DNA of 59,802 nucleotides from Chiloscyllium plagiosum (taxonomy: Eukaryota). The translations under genes were made by a program, and so were the position numbers. The notes under the pieces are model-generated. The model worked only from the letters and a program-made list of their open reading frames with translations. It was not told the origin of the DNA and made no database searches. This document shows positions 11,245-23,614 of the stretch, piece by piece (position 1 is the first letter of the stretch; every line of letters starts with the position of its first letter). The stretch lies in contig NC_057718.1 in the NCBI RefSeq assembly GCF_004010195.1, forward strand, positions 11,730,387-11,790,188, given 5' to 3'.

Positions 11245-11410
11245 TAGACAGAGGGTGGTGGTGGAGGGTTGTTTTTCAGACTGGAGGCCTGTGACCAGTG
11301 GAGTGCCACAAGGATCGGTACTGGGTCCTCTATGTTTTGTTATTTACATAAATGATTTGGATGCGAGCATAAGAGTTACAGTTAGTAAGTTTGCAGATGA
11401 CTCAAAATTG
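11245..11410 (+). mobile_element. HER1/CR1 RT core fragment
   Basis: [24 protein letters not shown]...VSKFADDSK. Confidence 0.85.
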
Positions 11411-11419
11411 GAAAAAAAG

Positions 11420-14400
11420 ATTCTGGGTAATCCAAGATGGAGGACGGAAAAATATCTGGCTGTAACAGCTGTTCCTTTTTTTGAGGTATTTTAGGTGTTG
11501 GAGGTGATTTCCTCGAATTCCAGGAGCAGCATTTACTGTTTTATATGCTGTTGCATTGTTTTGGAATTTTGGAAAATAAAAGTCAAAACAACAGCAGTTT
11601 TAAAAGGAAGAAGAACAGACAAAGGAAGCACATGGTGAGGACTGTGCAGGAGAGAGAGAGAGAGAGGGAGAGACAGAGAGACAGAAAACCTGCACAGTTA
11701 CAGCCTTTGCTGTTTTTGAATTCATGTATCGCTGGACATCGGAGTGCGTCTGGGAAAATGAACAAACAGTGAATTTCACAACTGAGCTTGGAGGAACCGG
11801 TTTGGATGAATTTCACAACACAGAATCAGATAAATTAATCATTGTTTTAAGTGAGTCCAATAGAAAGGCTGCAGTAGTGAGTAGAGAGAGTTCTTTCTTG
11901 ATTATATGTTTTTGGAGATATGTCACTTGATTAAACTTAAAATATAAGCTATAGCTATTAATTTAACCTGAGGCAGTGTTTTGTACAGGAATAAGACGGT
12001 GTTATTTTCTGGGACAGTAGATTGTGAAGGAGCAAAAATGGCCTTTAGTACAGTGATATGTACCTCTTGTCAGATGTGGGAGTTTAAAGAGAGTTTAAGG
12101 GTTACTGCGGATTATATCTGCCAAAAATGCTGTTGGATGTGAATCTTATCAGATCGAATGGATCGGTTGGAAGTTAGAAGCGATGAGGAACTTGAAACAG
12201 CAACAGTATGTGATGGATGGCAGTTATAGGAAGGGGGGAAAGTCTCAGATACAGTCACATAGATGGGTTAACTTCAGGAAAGGAAAGAGAGGTAGGCACC
12301 TAGGGCAAGAGTCTTTTGTGGATATACCCATTTCAAACAGCTATGCTGTTTTGGAAAATGTGGGGGGTGATGGATTCTCAGGGAATGTAGCACGAACAGT
12401 CAAGTTTCTGGTACTGAGACTGGCTCTAATACAATGAGGGGTATGTCGGCTTCCAAGAGATCAATTGTGTTAGGGGATTCTGTAGTCCGAGGTACAGACC
12501 GACGTTTCTGTGGCCAGCAGCGAAAAAGCAGAATGGTGTGTTGCTTCCCTGGTGCCAGGATCAAGGATGTCTCAGAGAGGGTGCAGAATGTTCTCACAGG
12601 GGAGAGGGGCCAGCAAGAGGTCATTNNNNNNNNNNNNNNNNNNNNNNNNNNNNNNNNNNNNNNNNNNNNNNNNNNNNNNNNNNNGGGGGGTGGGACCCAG
12701 GGAGATAGTGAGGAAAGAGATCGATCTGAGACAGGTACAGCTGAGAACAGACGTGAGTCAAACAGTCAGGGCAGGCAGGGATAAGATAGGGCTAATAAAT
12801 TAAACTGCATTTATTTCAATGCAAGGCGCCTAACAGGGAAGGCAGATCAACTCAGGGCATGGTTAGGAACATGGGACTGGGATATCATAGCAATTAAAGA
12901 AACATGGCTCAGGGATGGGCAGGACTAGTAGCTTAATGTTCCAGGATACAAATGCTACAGGAAGGATAGAAAAGGAGGCAAGAGAGGAGGGGGAGTGCCA
13001 TTTTTGATAAGGGATAGCATTACAGCTGTGGCTGAGGGAGGATATTCCCGGAAATACATCCAGGGAAGTTATTTGGGTGGAACTGAGAAATAAGAAAGGG
13101 ATGATCACCTTATTGGGATTGTATTATAGACCCACTAATCGTCAGAGGGAAATTGAGAAACAAACTTGTAAGGAGATCTCAGCTATCTGTGAGAAAAATA
13201 GGGTAGTTATGGTAGGGGATTTTAACTTTCCAAACATAGACTGGAACTGCCATAGTGTTTAGGGTTTAGATGGAGAGGAATATGTTAAGTGTGTACAAGA
13301 CAATTATCTGATTCAGTATGTGGATGTACCTACTACTGAAGGTCCAAAATTTGACTTACTCTTGGGAAATAAGGCAGGGCAGGTGACTGAGGTGTCAGTG
13401 GGGGGGGAGCACTTTGGGGCCAGCAACCATAATTCTATTAGATTTAAAATAATGATGGAAAAGGATAGACCAGATCTAAAAGTTGAAATTCTAAATTGGA
13501 GAAAAGCCAATTTTGGTGGTATGAGGCAAGAACTTTCGAAAGCTAATTGGGGACAGATGTTCGCAGGTAAAGGGACGGCTGGAAAATGGGAAGCCTTCAG
13601 AAATGAGATAACGAGAATCCAGAAAAGGTATATTCCTATCAGGGTGAAAGGGAAGGCTCGTAGGTATAGGGAATGCTGGATGACTAAAGAAATTGAGGAT
13701 TTGATTAAGCAAAAGAAGGAAGCATATGTAAGGTACAGACAGGATAGATCGAGTGAATCCTCAGAAGAGTATAAAGAAAGTAGGAGTATACTTAAGAGGG
13801 AAATCAGGAGGGGAAAAAGGGGACATGAGATAGCTTTGGCAAATAGAATTAAGGATATTCCAAAGGGTTTTTACACATACATTAAGGACAAAAGGGTAAC
13901 TAGGGAGAGAATAAGGCCCCTCAAAGATCAGCAAGGTGGCCTTTGTGTGGAGCCGCAGAAAACAGGAGAGTTACTAAATGAGTATTCTGCATCAGTATTT
14001 ACTGTGGAAAAGGATATGGAAGATATCGAATGTAGGGAAATAGATGGTGACATCTTGCAAACTGTCCAGATTATAGAGGAGGAAGTGCTGGACGTCTTGA
14101 AACGGATAAAGATGCATAAATCCCCAGGGCCTGATCAGGTTTATCAGAGAACTCTGTGGAAAGCTAGAGAAGTGATTGCTGGGCCTCTTGCTGAGATATT
14201 TGTATCATCGATAGTCACAGGTGAGGTGCCGGAAGACTGGAGGTTGGCAAACATGGTGCCACTGTTTAAGAAAGGAGGTAAGGACAAGCCAGGGAACTAT
14301 ATAGACCAGTGAGCCTGACGTCAGTGGTGGCAAGTTGTTGGAGGGAATCCTGAGATACAGGATGTACGTGTATTTGGAAAGGCAAGGACTGATTCGGGAT

Positions 14401-14830
14401 AATCAACATGGCTTTGTATGCGGGAAATCACGTCTCACAAACTTGATTGAGTTTTTTGAAGAAGTAACAAAGAGGATTGATGAGGGCAGAGCAGAAGATG
14501 TGATCGATGTGGACTTCAGTAAGACATTCAACAAGGTTCCCCATGGGAGACTGATTAGCAAGGTTAGATCTCATTAGCAGGACTTATACACTTAATGGTA
14601 AGGTCCTAGGGAGTGTTGCTGAACAAAGAGACCTTGGAGTGCAGGTTCATAGCTTCTTAAAAGTGGAGTCACAGGTAGATAGGATAGTGAAGAAGGCTTT
14701 CTTTTCTTGGTCAGAGTCTTGAGTACAGGAGTTGGGAGGTCATGTTGCGGCTGTACAGTACATTGGTTAGGCCACTGTTGGAATATTGTGTGCAGTTCTG
14801 GTCTCCTTCCTATCGGAAAGGTGTTATGAG
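11420..14830 (+). mobile_element. Near full-length HER1/CR1 LINE (5'UTR, ORF1 Zn-finger and SGNH esterase, ORF2 EN-RT), inactivated
   Basis: ORF1 from 12038: MAFSTVICTSCQMWE...YICQKC, then IVLGDSVVRG and CFPGARIKDV. EN: LNCIYFNAR, GLYYRP, VGDFNFP. RT: KSPGPD, QHGF, DFSKTFNKVPH. Contains stops, an N gap, and an internal deletion at ~14575 removing the PQG/FADD core. Confidence 0.9.
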
Positions 14831-15021
14831 AAGTGCTATACATATGCAAACCTCTTTTTCCGACTATTTTATATATTTCCCAGTTTTTCAAGATTAATTA
14901 ATTGGTTAATAGATACCTTAGCTACCTCATTTTGAAAATAACAGGGATTTTCATCCATTGACTTGTATCTATCTGTTGTCCTAGTTTTCTCTCAATATGT
15001 TCTTGAACTCTATTCCTGCTC

Positions 15022-15059
15022 TATTCCTGATGAAGGGCTTTTGCCCGAAATGTCGATTT
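15022..15059 (+). ncRNA. Minimal hammerhead ribozyme motif (PLE type)
   Basis: CUGAUGA (15027-33), extra A, stem II GGGC-UUUU-GCCC, GAAA (15047-50), then UGUC as the cleavage site. Stem I is weak (UUC/GAU). Confidence 0.6.
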
Positions 15060-15150
15060 TCCTGCTCCTTGGATGCTGCCTGACCTGCTGTGCTTTTCCA
15101 GCACCACTCTGATCTAAACTCTGGTTTCCAGCATCTGCAGTCCTCACTTT
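15022..15150 (+). mobile_element. Penelope-like terminal-repeat relic carrying a minimal hammerhead ribozyme motif
   Basis: CCTGATGAAGGGCTTTTGCCCGAAATGTCG followed by GATGCTGCCTGACCTGCTGTGCTTTTCCAGC...CCAGCATCTGCAGTCCTCACTTT. Related copy at 35397-35522. Confidence 0.7.
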
Positions 15151-15562
15151 GGCCTCTGTTCTCGAACTTGCTGAACAATCCAAATGGCTCTATCTAAAGG
15201 CAGGAAAGAACAGAGGCTATTTTCAGTGTCCAGTCAAACCACTTAATGTGAGATTTTCTGGGTCAGTCATTTTCTCCCCATCGGAGTAGTGATTGGTAAA
15301 TTCTATGGACAATGAGTACGGGTTACTGCAGTGCTCTTGTTAAAGTAACAATTTAAAATTAGGCTGTCTGTACCTCATTATCCCTCAGTGTGACCAGGAA
15401 AAACTCATGGAGCTGTTTATACCTTGGTTGCATTTATGCACATCGCCATCACTTGGTTGAGCATTGCAGTTTGTGAGGAGCAATTTCATTAAATTCCATT
15501 GTGAGGTGTAAATTATTTTGGCAGCATCTCCCACTGTTCTTGAGCACAGTTGCCATAGTTTT

Positions 15563-15565
<3 letters not shown>

Positions 15566-15606
<41 letters not shown>
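15566..15606. repeat. (AG)n microsatellite
   Basis: ~20 perfect AG units. Confidence 0.97.
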
Positions 15607-15609
<3 letters not shown>

Positions 15610-15890
15610 GAATCAAATCCACAATGTTGGCGTCTTGCTGCATTGCGAACTAGCAATCTAGCCAACTGAGGTAACCAACCTCCATACAGGGACTTGAACA
15701 GCAAATCCAGAAATCTACACTGGAAAAAACATTGAGGCTGAAGTACAGCCAGTGATTCGAAGCAGAGTGTAAAACAGTTGCACAGTGCGAGGGATCACAA
15801 GTGAATTTAAAAAGGAACAAAATATTTTTGCTGGAGGCATCTGAGTGTTAAAATAATCCACGTAAGGAATGTTGGAGAACATGAATCAGG

Positions 15891-16104
15891 GGAGATAGAG
15901 TTAGAAGTCACACAACACCAAGCTATAGTCCAACAGCTTTATTTGAAATCACAAGCTTTCAGAGCGCTGTTCCTTTGTCAGGTCTCCTAATAAACGAGCA
16001 ACGTTCCAAAAGCTTGTGATTTCAAATAAATCTGGTGGACTATAACCTGGTGTTGTGTGACTTCTGACTTTGTCCACCCCAGTCCACACCGGCACCTCCA
16101 CATC
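15891..16104. mobile_element. Penelope-like inverted terminal-repeat pair with decayed hammerhead motifs
   Basis: 15891-15982 is the reverse complement of 15986-16075. The arms begin CCTGACAAAGGAACAGCGCTCTGAAAGCTTG and CCTAATAAACGAGCAACGTTCCAAAAGCTTG. Confidence 0.7.
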
Positions 16105-16142
16105 AGAAGAGATAGAATATGAAACAGGTGAGTTCTGACATG

Positions 16143-18092
16143 ATGGGCGCAATCTTCCCAAGTCCTGAACGATATAGGCAATGGCAGGAAATTTAGGACA
16201 ATAGCGTCAGAATTCGGGTGAGGCCTTTCTCAATGTCAGGAGCAACAAGTTGCATTTTCCAACTAAATTTTAGACACCGAGATGAGTGAGCAGTGAGAGA
16301 TCTCTTAACAGGAAGCATGCTCATTAGCTCCCTCTTAACTACCTAATCTCATCTCATTAATACGCAGGTTCCCACATCCTGCCCGACAGAAACTAGACGC
16401 CAAGAATTCTGGACCTGAAATTAGGGATGGGTATCTAGTTACCCTAGCACATCGCTCAAACCTTCGGACGTCCATCTGGAACAGCCTGCATTAAAACCTC
16501 CATGTACACTCCAGGATAGCAGCTTGGGCACTAAACCTCAGCTTCCCCACACCATCATGGTCCATCGCCGATGTACTTCCAGTATGCAGCTGCATTTCAA
16601 TGCTGCATCTTGGGATGCACCAGCACCACTCATTGCAATGCTACTACCTAGATACTTTACACACAGGGACTATCACCCAGCTCTGACCAGCCTGATATAT
16701 ACATTGTTGCTCACAGTATCCCTTCCCTGTCTTGCCTTTTAAGTGATTGGCCCCCTCAGCGAGAGCTAAACAGTACATCTGTCTTTGACTTTCCTTATGT
16801 CACAAAGCCATAAACTTGTCATGGTTGTCAGCAGTCACCAGTGAAGGGAGAGGACATGCTGCCATAAGTAACCGTGCTATGTAGATTTCACATCAGCACC
16901 ATGTGCCAGCAGCACATGTGGCAAATACATTACATGTGCTTCACCAAAATAGCCATGTCTCAAAGTCTAAGGGGAATAGTCCTTAGTCATCCAGTGAGAT
17001 TCCTTCAGTCTGGGAGGTTTCCAGCAAAGTAAAACAAAGGAAGCCTCCAATATCAGTCCAGGGGCTTGGCACAGTTATTTGGCTCCTCAGGATGGTCAGG
17101 GTCAGGAGACTTTCCTTGTATGGGGTCAGGTGTCAAAATGTCAGGCACCCAGCACACATTTTGGCTCTTTCTGCCCTATTGTGGGATTGTTCTCCTAGAA
17201 TGAGAAAGGAAGGGACTGAACAAGATGAAAGTGGTATAGGTCGGGGAAGGGTGAAGTATCCCAAGGGAGTGAGTAGGGGGCACAAAAGGGGAGTGAGTAG
17301 GGGGCAGGGTTAGTGAATTGGTGGACAGTGAGTGAGGGAAGATTTTCCATGTAATGATGAGAGTGGTACAGCATGTGCCTTGGTAAGAGGTGAGTGCAGT
17401 TACGGAGATAGGATGACTGTGAGATAGAAGAATGAAGAACAAAAGCTCACTAATCTCCTTCCCAACTGCTGGGCATTCTTCAGACAGCTGAGACTGACTT
17501 GGTGATGATGGTGGGTGTAGTCTCCAGCTAGGCTGTCAGCGTTTGATGTTGTGCTCTTTCTGCAGACCCCAGGGAAGAGGACCTCTGTACCACCTCCAGA
17601 TCCAAATCTACAAAGTGGGATGTGGATCCCCTTTTATACATCATGCCCTCCGGGGCTAATGTCACAAATTCTGCAGAGCAGTTCCAGACTGACAGTGCTT
17701 GTCTGGGTGGCAAGAAGGCTTTTTAAAGATACTGCTGGCACCAAAGGATGCTAGGGTATCCTGAAAGTGGTGAGTACCTCTGGCTTCAGATGGTATGAGG
17801 ATAAGGCAAGCATCAGACAAGAGGGGGTAAGTTTGGATGCTAGTGTGAAAAAACATGCTAGGCCTCACAGAGAGAAACCCTTCATGAATCTCAGTGAGAA
17901 AGGCGCTTTGCCAAAACATGGTAAGATTCAGCCCCTCATGTCTACAATTCCTGTTAACTGGCTGAGTAATTACATATGCAGGTAATATCACAGCGCAGCT
18001 GAGCATGTGCAGATGGCTCACTGTGGTCATGTTTGTATTGGTAATACATACACTTATATTTTTCAGAATTGGAAATGTCAAGATGGAGTTCA
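16143..18092 (-). mobile_element. Possible degraded Harbinger element with Myb/SANT-like ORF relic
   Basis: Degenerate inverted ends (GGGCGCAATCTT..CCAAGTCCTGAACGATATAGG versus the reverse complement of 18050-18092). Minus-strand HFVDLDLEVVQR (~17570-17620) resembles the 'RFSDADLEVL' start of Harbinger Myb-like ORFs. Confidence 0.35.
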
Positions 18093-19021
18093 TGTAAAAT
18101 GAATAGGTCTTTGACTTCAAATGAATAAGACTTGATATGTTTGAATAAACCTAGTTAAAATAATCACATTTTGCTTTCTGCCCTAATCAGAATTACCTGC
18201 AATTCAGATCAAATTCACTGGCTTTCACAAATACAATCAAGACCATGGTTTGATCCCCACAAAGCACATCAACACTTTACTAAATTATATTGAATTATTG
18301 CCTGCGTTAGTTCCATTTTTGCCTGTTGCAGTAGATAAGCCCCGAAGGCTCCTTTTCATTATGTGTAATTAATGCACTGAGTTGGGCAGTGAATTCCCTT
18401 GTTTCAGTAACATTGCACAACCAGGAAAAGGGACATAGGTTTATATCTGAGTGTTAATGCCAACAATCTTGAGCTGGTGCAGAGAAAGCCACTAAGGCCA
18501 TATGTTTTGCTGAGAGTTGGAGATTAACCGCCTTCTACTCCAGTTTTGATTTCTCAGAGCGACACAGCTGATTCGGTTCCAACAAGCATTGAAGTGAAAA
18601 TAGCTTCAAAGTCCATAGGACTTTCTTAAATCAGCGCTAATAACTGCTTTCCTGGCATGCTCACATCTTACAAATTTCTCTCAAAAATCAAAAATTGTCC
18701 CAGGTGAGCTGGGTAGTGAGTAGTATTTGCCCGCTCCTCCGAATGGAGAAGGGGTTCTCAGGAGGGAGGCACAAAGATTTATACAAGGCAGTGGCATTCC
18801 AGTTTCTAACAGCAGGTTTACATAGTGTGTTACCCATACAGCCAGCAAGTCATGGTTTTTAAGACCACTGGGGATTATCTTAGAACAGGCAATTAATTAA
18901 AATGACCAACAACAATTACATTGGGGAATACCTGGCAAACCACCAACACCCACTTTATCTGGGGTATTTCTTTGGACAAATTGGAAAGAGCTTAAACTTG
19001 TTTTGAGCTAGCTGCAGACAA

Positions 19022-19175
19022 TTAGAACATTATAAAGTACAGCACAGAACAGGCCCTTCGGCCCACGATGTTGTGCCGAGGATTAATCGTAATGTAAAAT
19101 AAAATAACCAAACCTATGCCCCCCTCAATTCACTGCTATCCATGTGCATGTCCAGCAGTCACTAAAATGTCCCTG
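19022..19175 (-). mobile_element. CR1 3' end fragment
   Basis: ACAGCACAGAACAGGCCCTTCGGCCCACGATGTTGTG is the reverse complement of the LINE tail at 39051-39090. Confidence 0.8.
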
Positions 19176-20039
19176 CTCGGGGTCGCGTAACTATTTATTT
19201 TTCCAACATCATCAAGTGATGGGTCTACTTTACCACTGGAGGTTTGAGGCCATCCAGTGAAAACGATTGTTTACTGACAAAAATTAGTGGTAAATAATAA
19301 GTATTTTCACACGAAAGAAGCATTCACTCCCCCTTAAGAAAGAGGAAGATTAGCAAATGAGCAAAAGTGCGATGAGTCTAAGAGATTTGCAGAGAAAAGT
19401 CCTGGTCTATTACTGCATTATTAATGATTGATGGTCAAGTGGCATGGACATGTCAGACCATTTGCACACACTGCAGTCCAGATAGAGGCTGTCTGGCCAC
19501 TAGTTTATAGCTGACTGATTAAATCAAATTCTATCTCATTACACATCACCTTAGGATGAGTGCTAGTTTTGAGAGATCTACATTGAATTCTAATAGTGAA
19601 AACTAGTGGTCTTACCTATGACATGCACAGGAGTGCTGATCTTCAAATAGAAAAACATTGGTGTATGAATAAGTCAAATCCCATTTTATAACTTGGGATT
19701 CTGGGTCTTTTTCTGGCCTTCTGTTTTACCAACTCCACCTGTTTTGCCATGAATATTGAATTAAGTCAGTGTCCTTGATCATAAATTAACAATGTGGCAC
19801 AACGATATTCAGAAAAGAAACAAATATACATTTAGAATGTGTTTTTCATCCTCACTGGATGTTCAAAGGGTTTTACTGTTAATTTTATTTTGAAGTGATG
19901 CCACTTTATTAATATAGATGTAGCAACTAATTTATTTTTAGCAAACTTCCATAATCAACAACTCGATAATAACTTGATAATTTGTTTTTTACACTGTTGA
20001 TTGAGGGACAATATTGACCAGGACACTAGGATAAATAGA

Positions 20040-20180
20040 AACAAAGAAAATTTGCTGGTGAAACTCAGCAGGTCTGGCAGTGTCTGTGGAGAAAGAAACA
20101 GAGTCAATATTTCGAGTTTGATATTTCTTTAGAAAAGTAGTACATTCATGTTTCCAGCATTCCACAGTATGTTGCTTGTT
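20040..20180 (-). mobile_element. Degenerate Penelope-like terminal repeat
   Basis: Reverse complement: TTCTAAAGAAATATCAAACTCGAAATATTGACTCTGTTTCTTTCTCCACAGACACTGCCAGACCTGCTGAGTTTCACCAGCA. Decayed CTGAAGAA..CGAAAC.TT core plus the CTGCC.GACCTGCTG motif shared with 15065. Confidence 0.5.
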
Positions 20181-22029
20181 TTTTACCAGGATAACTTGCT
20201 TCTTCAAAAGAGTGCTACGGAATCTTTTATATCTATCCTTGTGGGCAGATATGTTCATCTGGGAGTGCTGCATTTCCTCAATACTGCATTGGAGTCTCAG
20301 TCTTGATTTTTATGATCAATCACTGGAGTGAGACTTAAACCTGGAAATGTATAATTCAGAAGCAAGTGTAGAATCAATGGAGCCATGGCTATTGCAGCCA
20401 CAATAATACATTGGAAGACATTTTACACAACAGCTGACTATGGCTAATGTTATATCACTTTTTAAGAAAGGTGNNNNNNNNNNNNNNNNNNNNNNNNNNN
20501 NNNNNNNNNNNNNNNNNNNNNNNNNNNNNNNNNNNNNNNNNNNNNNNNNNNNNNNNNNNNNNNNNNNNNNNNNNNNNNNNNNNNNNNNNNNNNNNNNNNN
20601 NNNNNNNNNNNNNNNNNNNNNNNNNNNNNNNNNNNNNNNNNNNNNNNNNNNNNNNNNNNNNNNNNNNNNNNNNNNNNNNNNNNNNNNNNNNNNNNNNNNN
20701 NNNNNNNNNNNNNNNNNNNNNNNNNNNNNNNNNNNNNNNNNNNNNNNNNNNNNNNNNNNNNNNNNNNNNNNNNNNNNNNNNNNNNNNNNNNNNNNNNNNN
20801 NNNNNNNNNNNNNNNNNNNNNNNNNNNNNNNNNNNNNNNNNNNNNNNNNNNNNNNNNNNNNNNNNNNNNNNNNNNNNNNNNNNNNNNNNNNNNNNNNNNN
20901 NNNNNNNNNNNNNNNNNNNNNNNNNNNNNNNNNNNNNNNNNNNNNNNNNNNNNNNNNNNNNNNNNNNNNNNNNTTCGCTCAATATTCATTCCCAGTTTTT
21001 GCAGCTTAGAACTGGGACTTTTATGCAAATTATCCCACCCTTTAAAAAGTCAGAAATTAAACATAGCCATTTACAGGTTGAATATTTTTCTACTGTTTCA
21101 CTTACTTTCACAGCCTGTCTGTGAACTTATATCTGGCATATTGAAGTCTATATAACCTCCACCACATCAGAGATCGTTCTGTCATGAACAGAATTGCTTT
21201 GTGTGTGTAAACATTACATAGGCTTGAAAAAGTCATCCCATTGTTCTGCAACACCCAATTCTTATTCATTTATCCGTGGCAGAATTTATTTCAATCATGA
21301 TTTTCCAATAATTATCATTCCATTCTTTATCAGTAATATACAGTTGCAGACTTCTGTGTTTAGGAGTTATAATTTGTTATTGTATCAAATAGCAGGCATA
21401 GCCTTAATTTCCTGCCTTATGGTCTCTTACTGGCTGCCGTACCAATGTATCAGTTTCAGGTTCATCACTGGTGTATTGGTAACTGAGCGTACCCCATCTA
21501 TGTGCTGACACTCTCCCTGTCAAAACTGTAAGAAAATAAAAACTGATGGATTGTTCATTTTGAGCCAAACGAATCTCTGTTGCAGGTCAGAAGAAACACA
21601 GATGTAAGTTTAAAAAAAATTAAGTGCCATTCTAATCAAGAAAAAAATGGTGATTTAATCTGTCCTACTACTCCTTATTACTTATCTGGCTCCACTTTTA
21701 CCGGAGAAATAAATGTCACATACCAGTTGTTAATTAACACTCATATATCTAAGAGCGTTCCCACACATTTTACAAACATTACAGGCTGTTTTATCTGAAG
21801 TTTTGCCATTATTTGGCTCATGCGAAGGGACATTTTGTATTCTAAGCTGAATGTACTGTTATTGGCCATTTCCACTTGTTTTTTTTAAACAGTGATGTCC
21901 ACTAACAGACTGCAAAGGTCAGTGCAATTAGGATCTGAATCAGTCATGAATGCATTGTGTGTTTTAGCCTTTGAGATGACAGGTGACAACGATAGCTAAT
22001 GCTGACCCCATTGCAAGAGCTATTTAGTC

Positions 22030-22377
22030 TCATAGAATCCCCACAGTGTGGATGCAGGCCATTCAGCCCATTGGGTCCACACCAAAGAGCATTCCACCTG
22101 GACCCAATCCCCTACCCTTTCCCTGTATCCCTGCATTTCCTGTGTCTAATCCACCTACCTGAACACCCCTGGCCACTACAGGACAATTTAGTGTGGCCAA
22201 TTCACCTAACCTGCACGAGTTCGGACTGTGGGGGTAATCCAGAACACCCAGACGAAACCCACACAGACACTGAGAATGTGCAGACTCCATAAAGAGAGTC
22301 ACCAGAGAGTGGAATTGAACCCAGGTCCCTGGCACTGTGAGGCAGCAGTGTTAACCACTGAGCCACAGTGCCTCCCA
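22030..22377 (-). mobile_element. HE1-type V-SINE
   Basis: Reverse A-box (TGGCTCAGTGG), B-box (GGTTCAATTCC), V-domain and tail. Confidence 0.85.
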
Positions 22378-22629
22378 TTTGGTGGGCTGCAATAAGATAC
22401 ACCACTATTCACAGCCAGATTATAGATGATTGGGCAACTCCTGCACCAATCAAGCAAGGAAGTCACACCATTGAACGTAAATGCGGTTGATTTAATGCCC
22501 ACAATTTGGAAGTAACCATATTCACTACTCAGCATACTTCACTGCAAAACACCCTTCTTTTATCTTTAAATCTTTTTATAGCTTTGTTAATGAGTGCCGA
22601 TAGCTGTAGTTCTTAGAGAATCTTTTTAA

Positions 22630-23392
22630 ATAGAACAAAGAACAAAGAAAATTACAGCGCAGGAACATGTCCTTTGACCCTCCAAGCCTGAGCCGATCCA
22701 GATCCTCCATCTAAACCTATCACCTATTTTCTAACGATCTGTATCCCTTTGTTCCCTGCCCATTCATGTATCTGTCTAGATACATCTTAAATGACACTAT
22801 CGTTCCCGCTGCTGGCAACGTGTTCCCGGCACCCACCACCCTCTGCGTGAAGTACTTTCCACACATATCTCCCCTAAACTTTTCTCCTCTTGTTTTGAAC
22901 TCATGACCCCTAGTAATTGAGTCCTCCACTCTGGGGAAAAAGCTTCTTGCTATCCACCCTGCCTACACCTCTCATGACTTTTGTCTGCCTCAGTCAGGTT
23001 CCCCCCTCAACCTCCTTCTTTCCAATGAAAATAATCCTAATCTATTCAACCTCTCTTCATAGCTAGCACCCTCCATACCAGGCAACATCCTGTTGAACCT
23101 CCTCTGCACCCTCTCCAAAGCATCCACATCCTTTTGGTAATGTGGCGACCAGAACTGTACGCAGTATTCCAAATGCGGCCAAACCAAAGTTCTATACAAT
23201 TGTAACATGACCTGCCAACTCTTGTACTCAATACCCCGTCCAATGAAGGAAAGCATGCCGTATGCCTTCTTGACCACTCTACTGACCTTCAGGGAACAAT
23301 GGACCTGAACACCCAGATCTCTCTGTACGTCAATTTTCCCCAGGACTTTTACATTTACTATATAGTTCACACTTGAATTGGATCTTCCCACC
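22630..23392 (-). mobile_element. CR1 LINE 3' fragment
   Basis: [25 protein letters not shown]...ERRRLRG and YFTQRVVG. Tail (TTCTTTG)n. Confidence 0.9.
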
Positions 23393-23614
23393 CAGACTTT
23401 GGAGACTTTTTATTGCAGTGTGATGTTTGAACAAACTCTGCTGTAAATAGATTTTATTTGCCATAAAATACATAATCTGTAAATCCCACCTTGCCTCCAG
23501 CTCATTGGGTGATGTAATGATTTAAATAGACTCCCTGAATCATGACTTTGAGATTTTATTTCTCCTTTACCTCTTTGCATTACTGATAAATCTAGGGGAA
23601 AAGAAACACAGCAA

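Noticed and set aside
18408..18703. Acceptor/donor pair suggesting a + strand exon
   Set aside because: Stops occur in all three frames from either acceptor (18408 or 18558).
20440..21124. Long ORFs across N-runs (also 32324-33355 and 47317-48021)
   Set aside because: Artefacts of translating assembly gaps.
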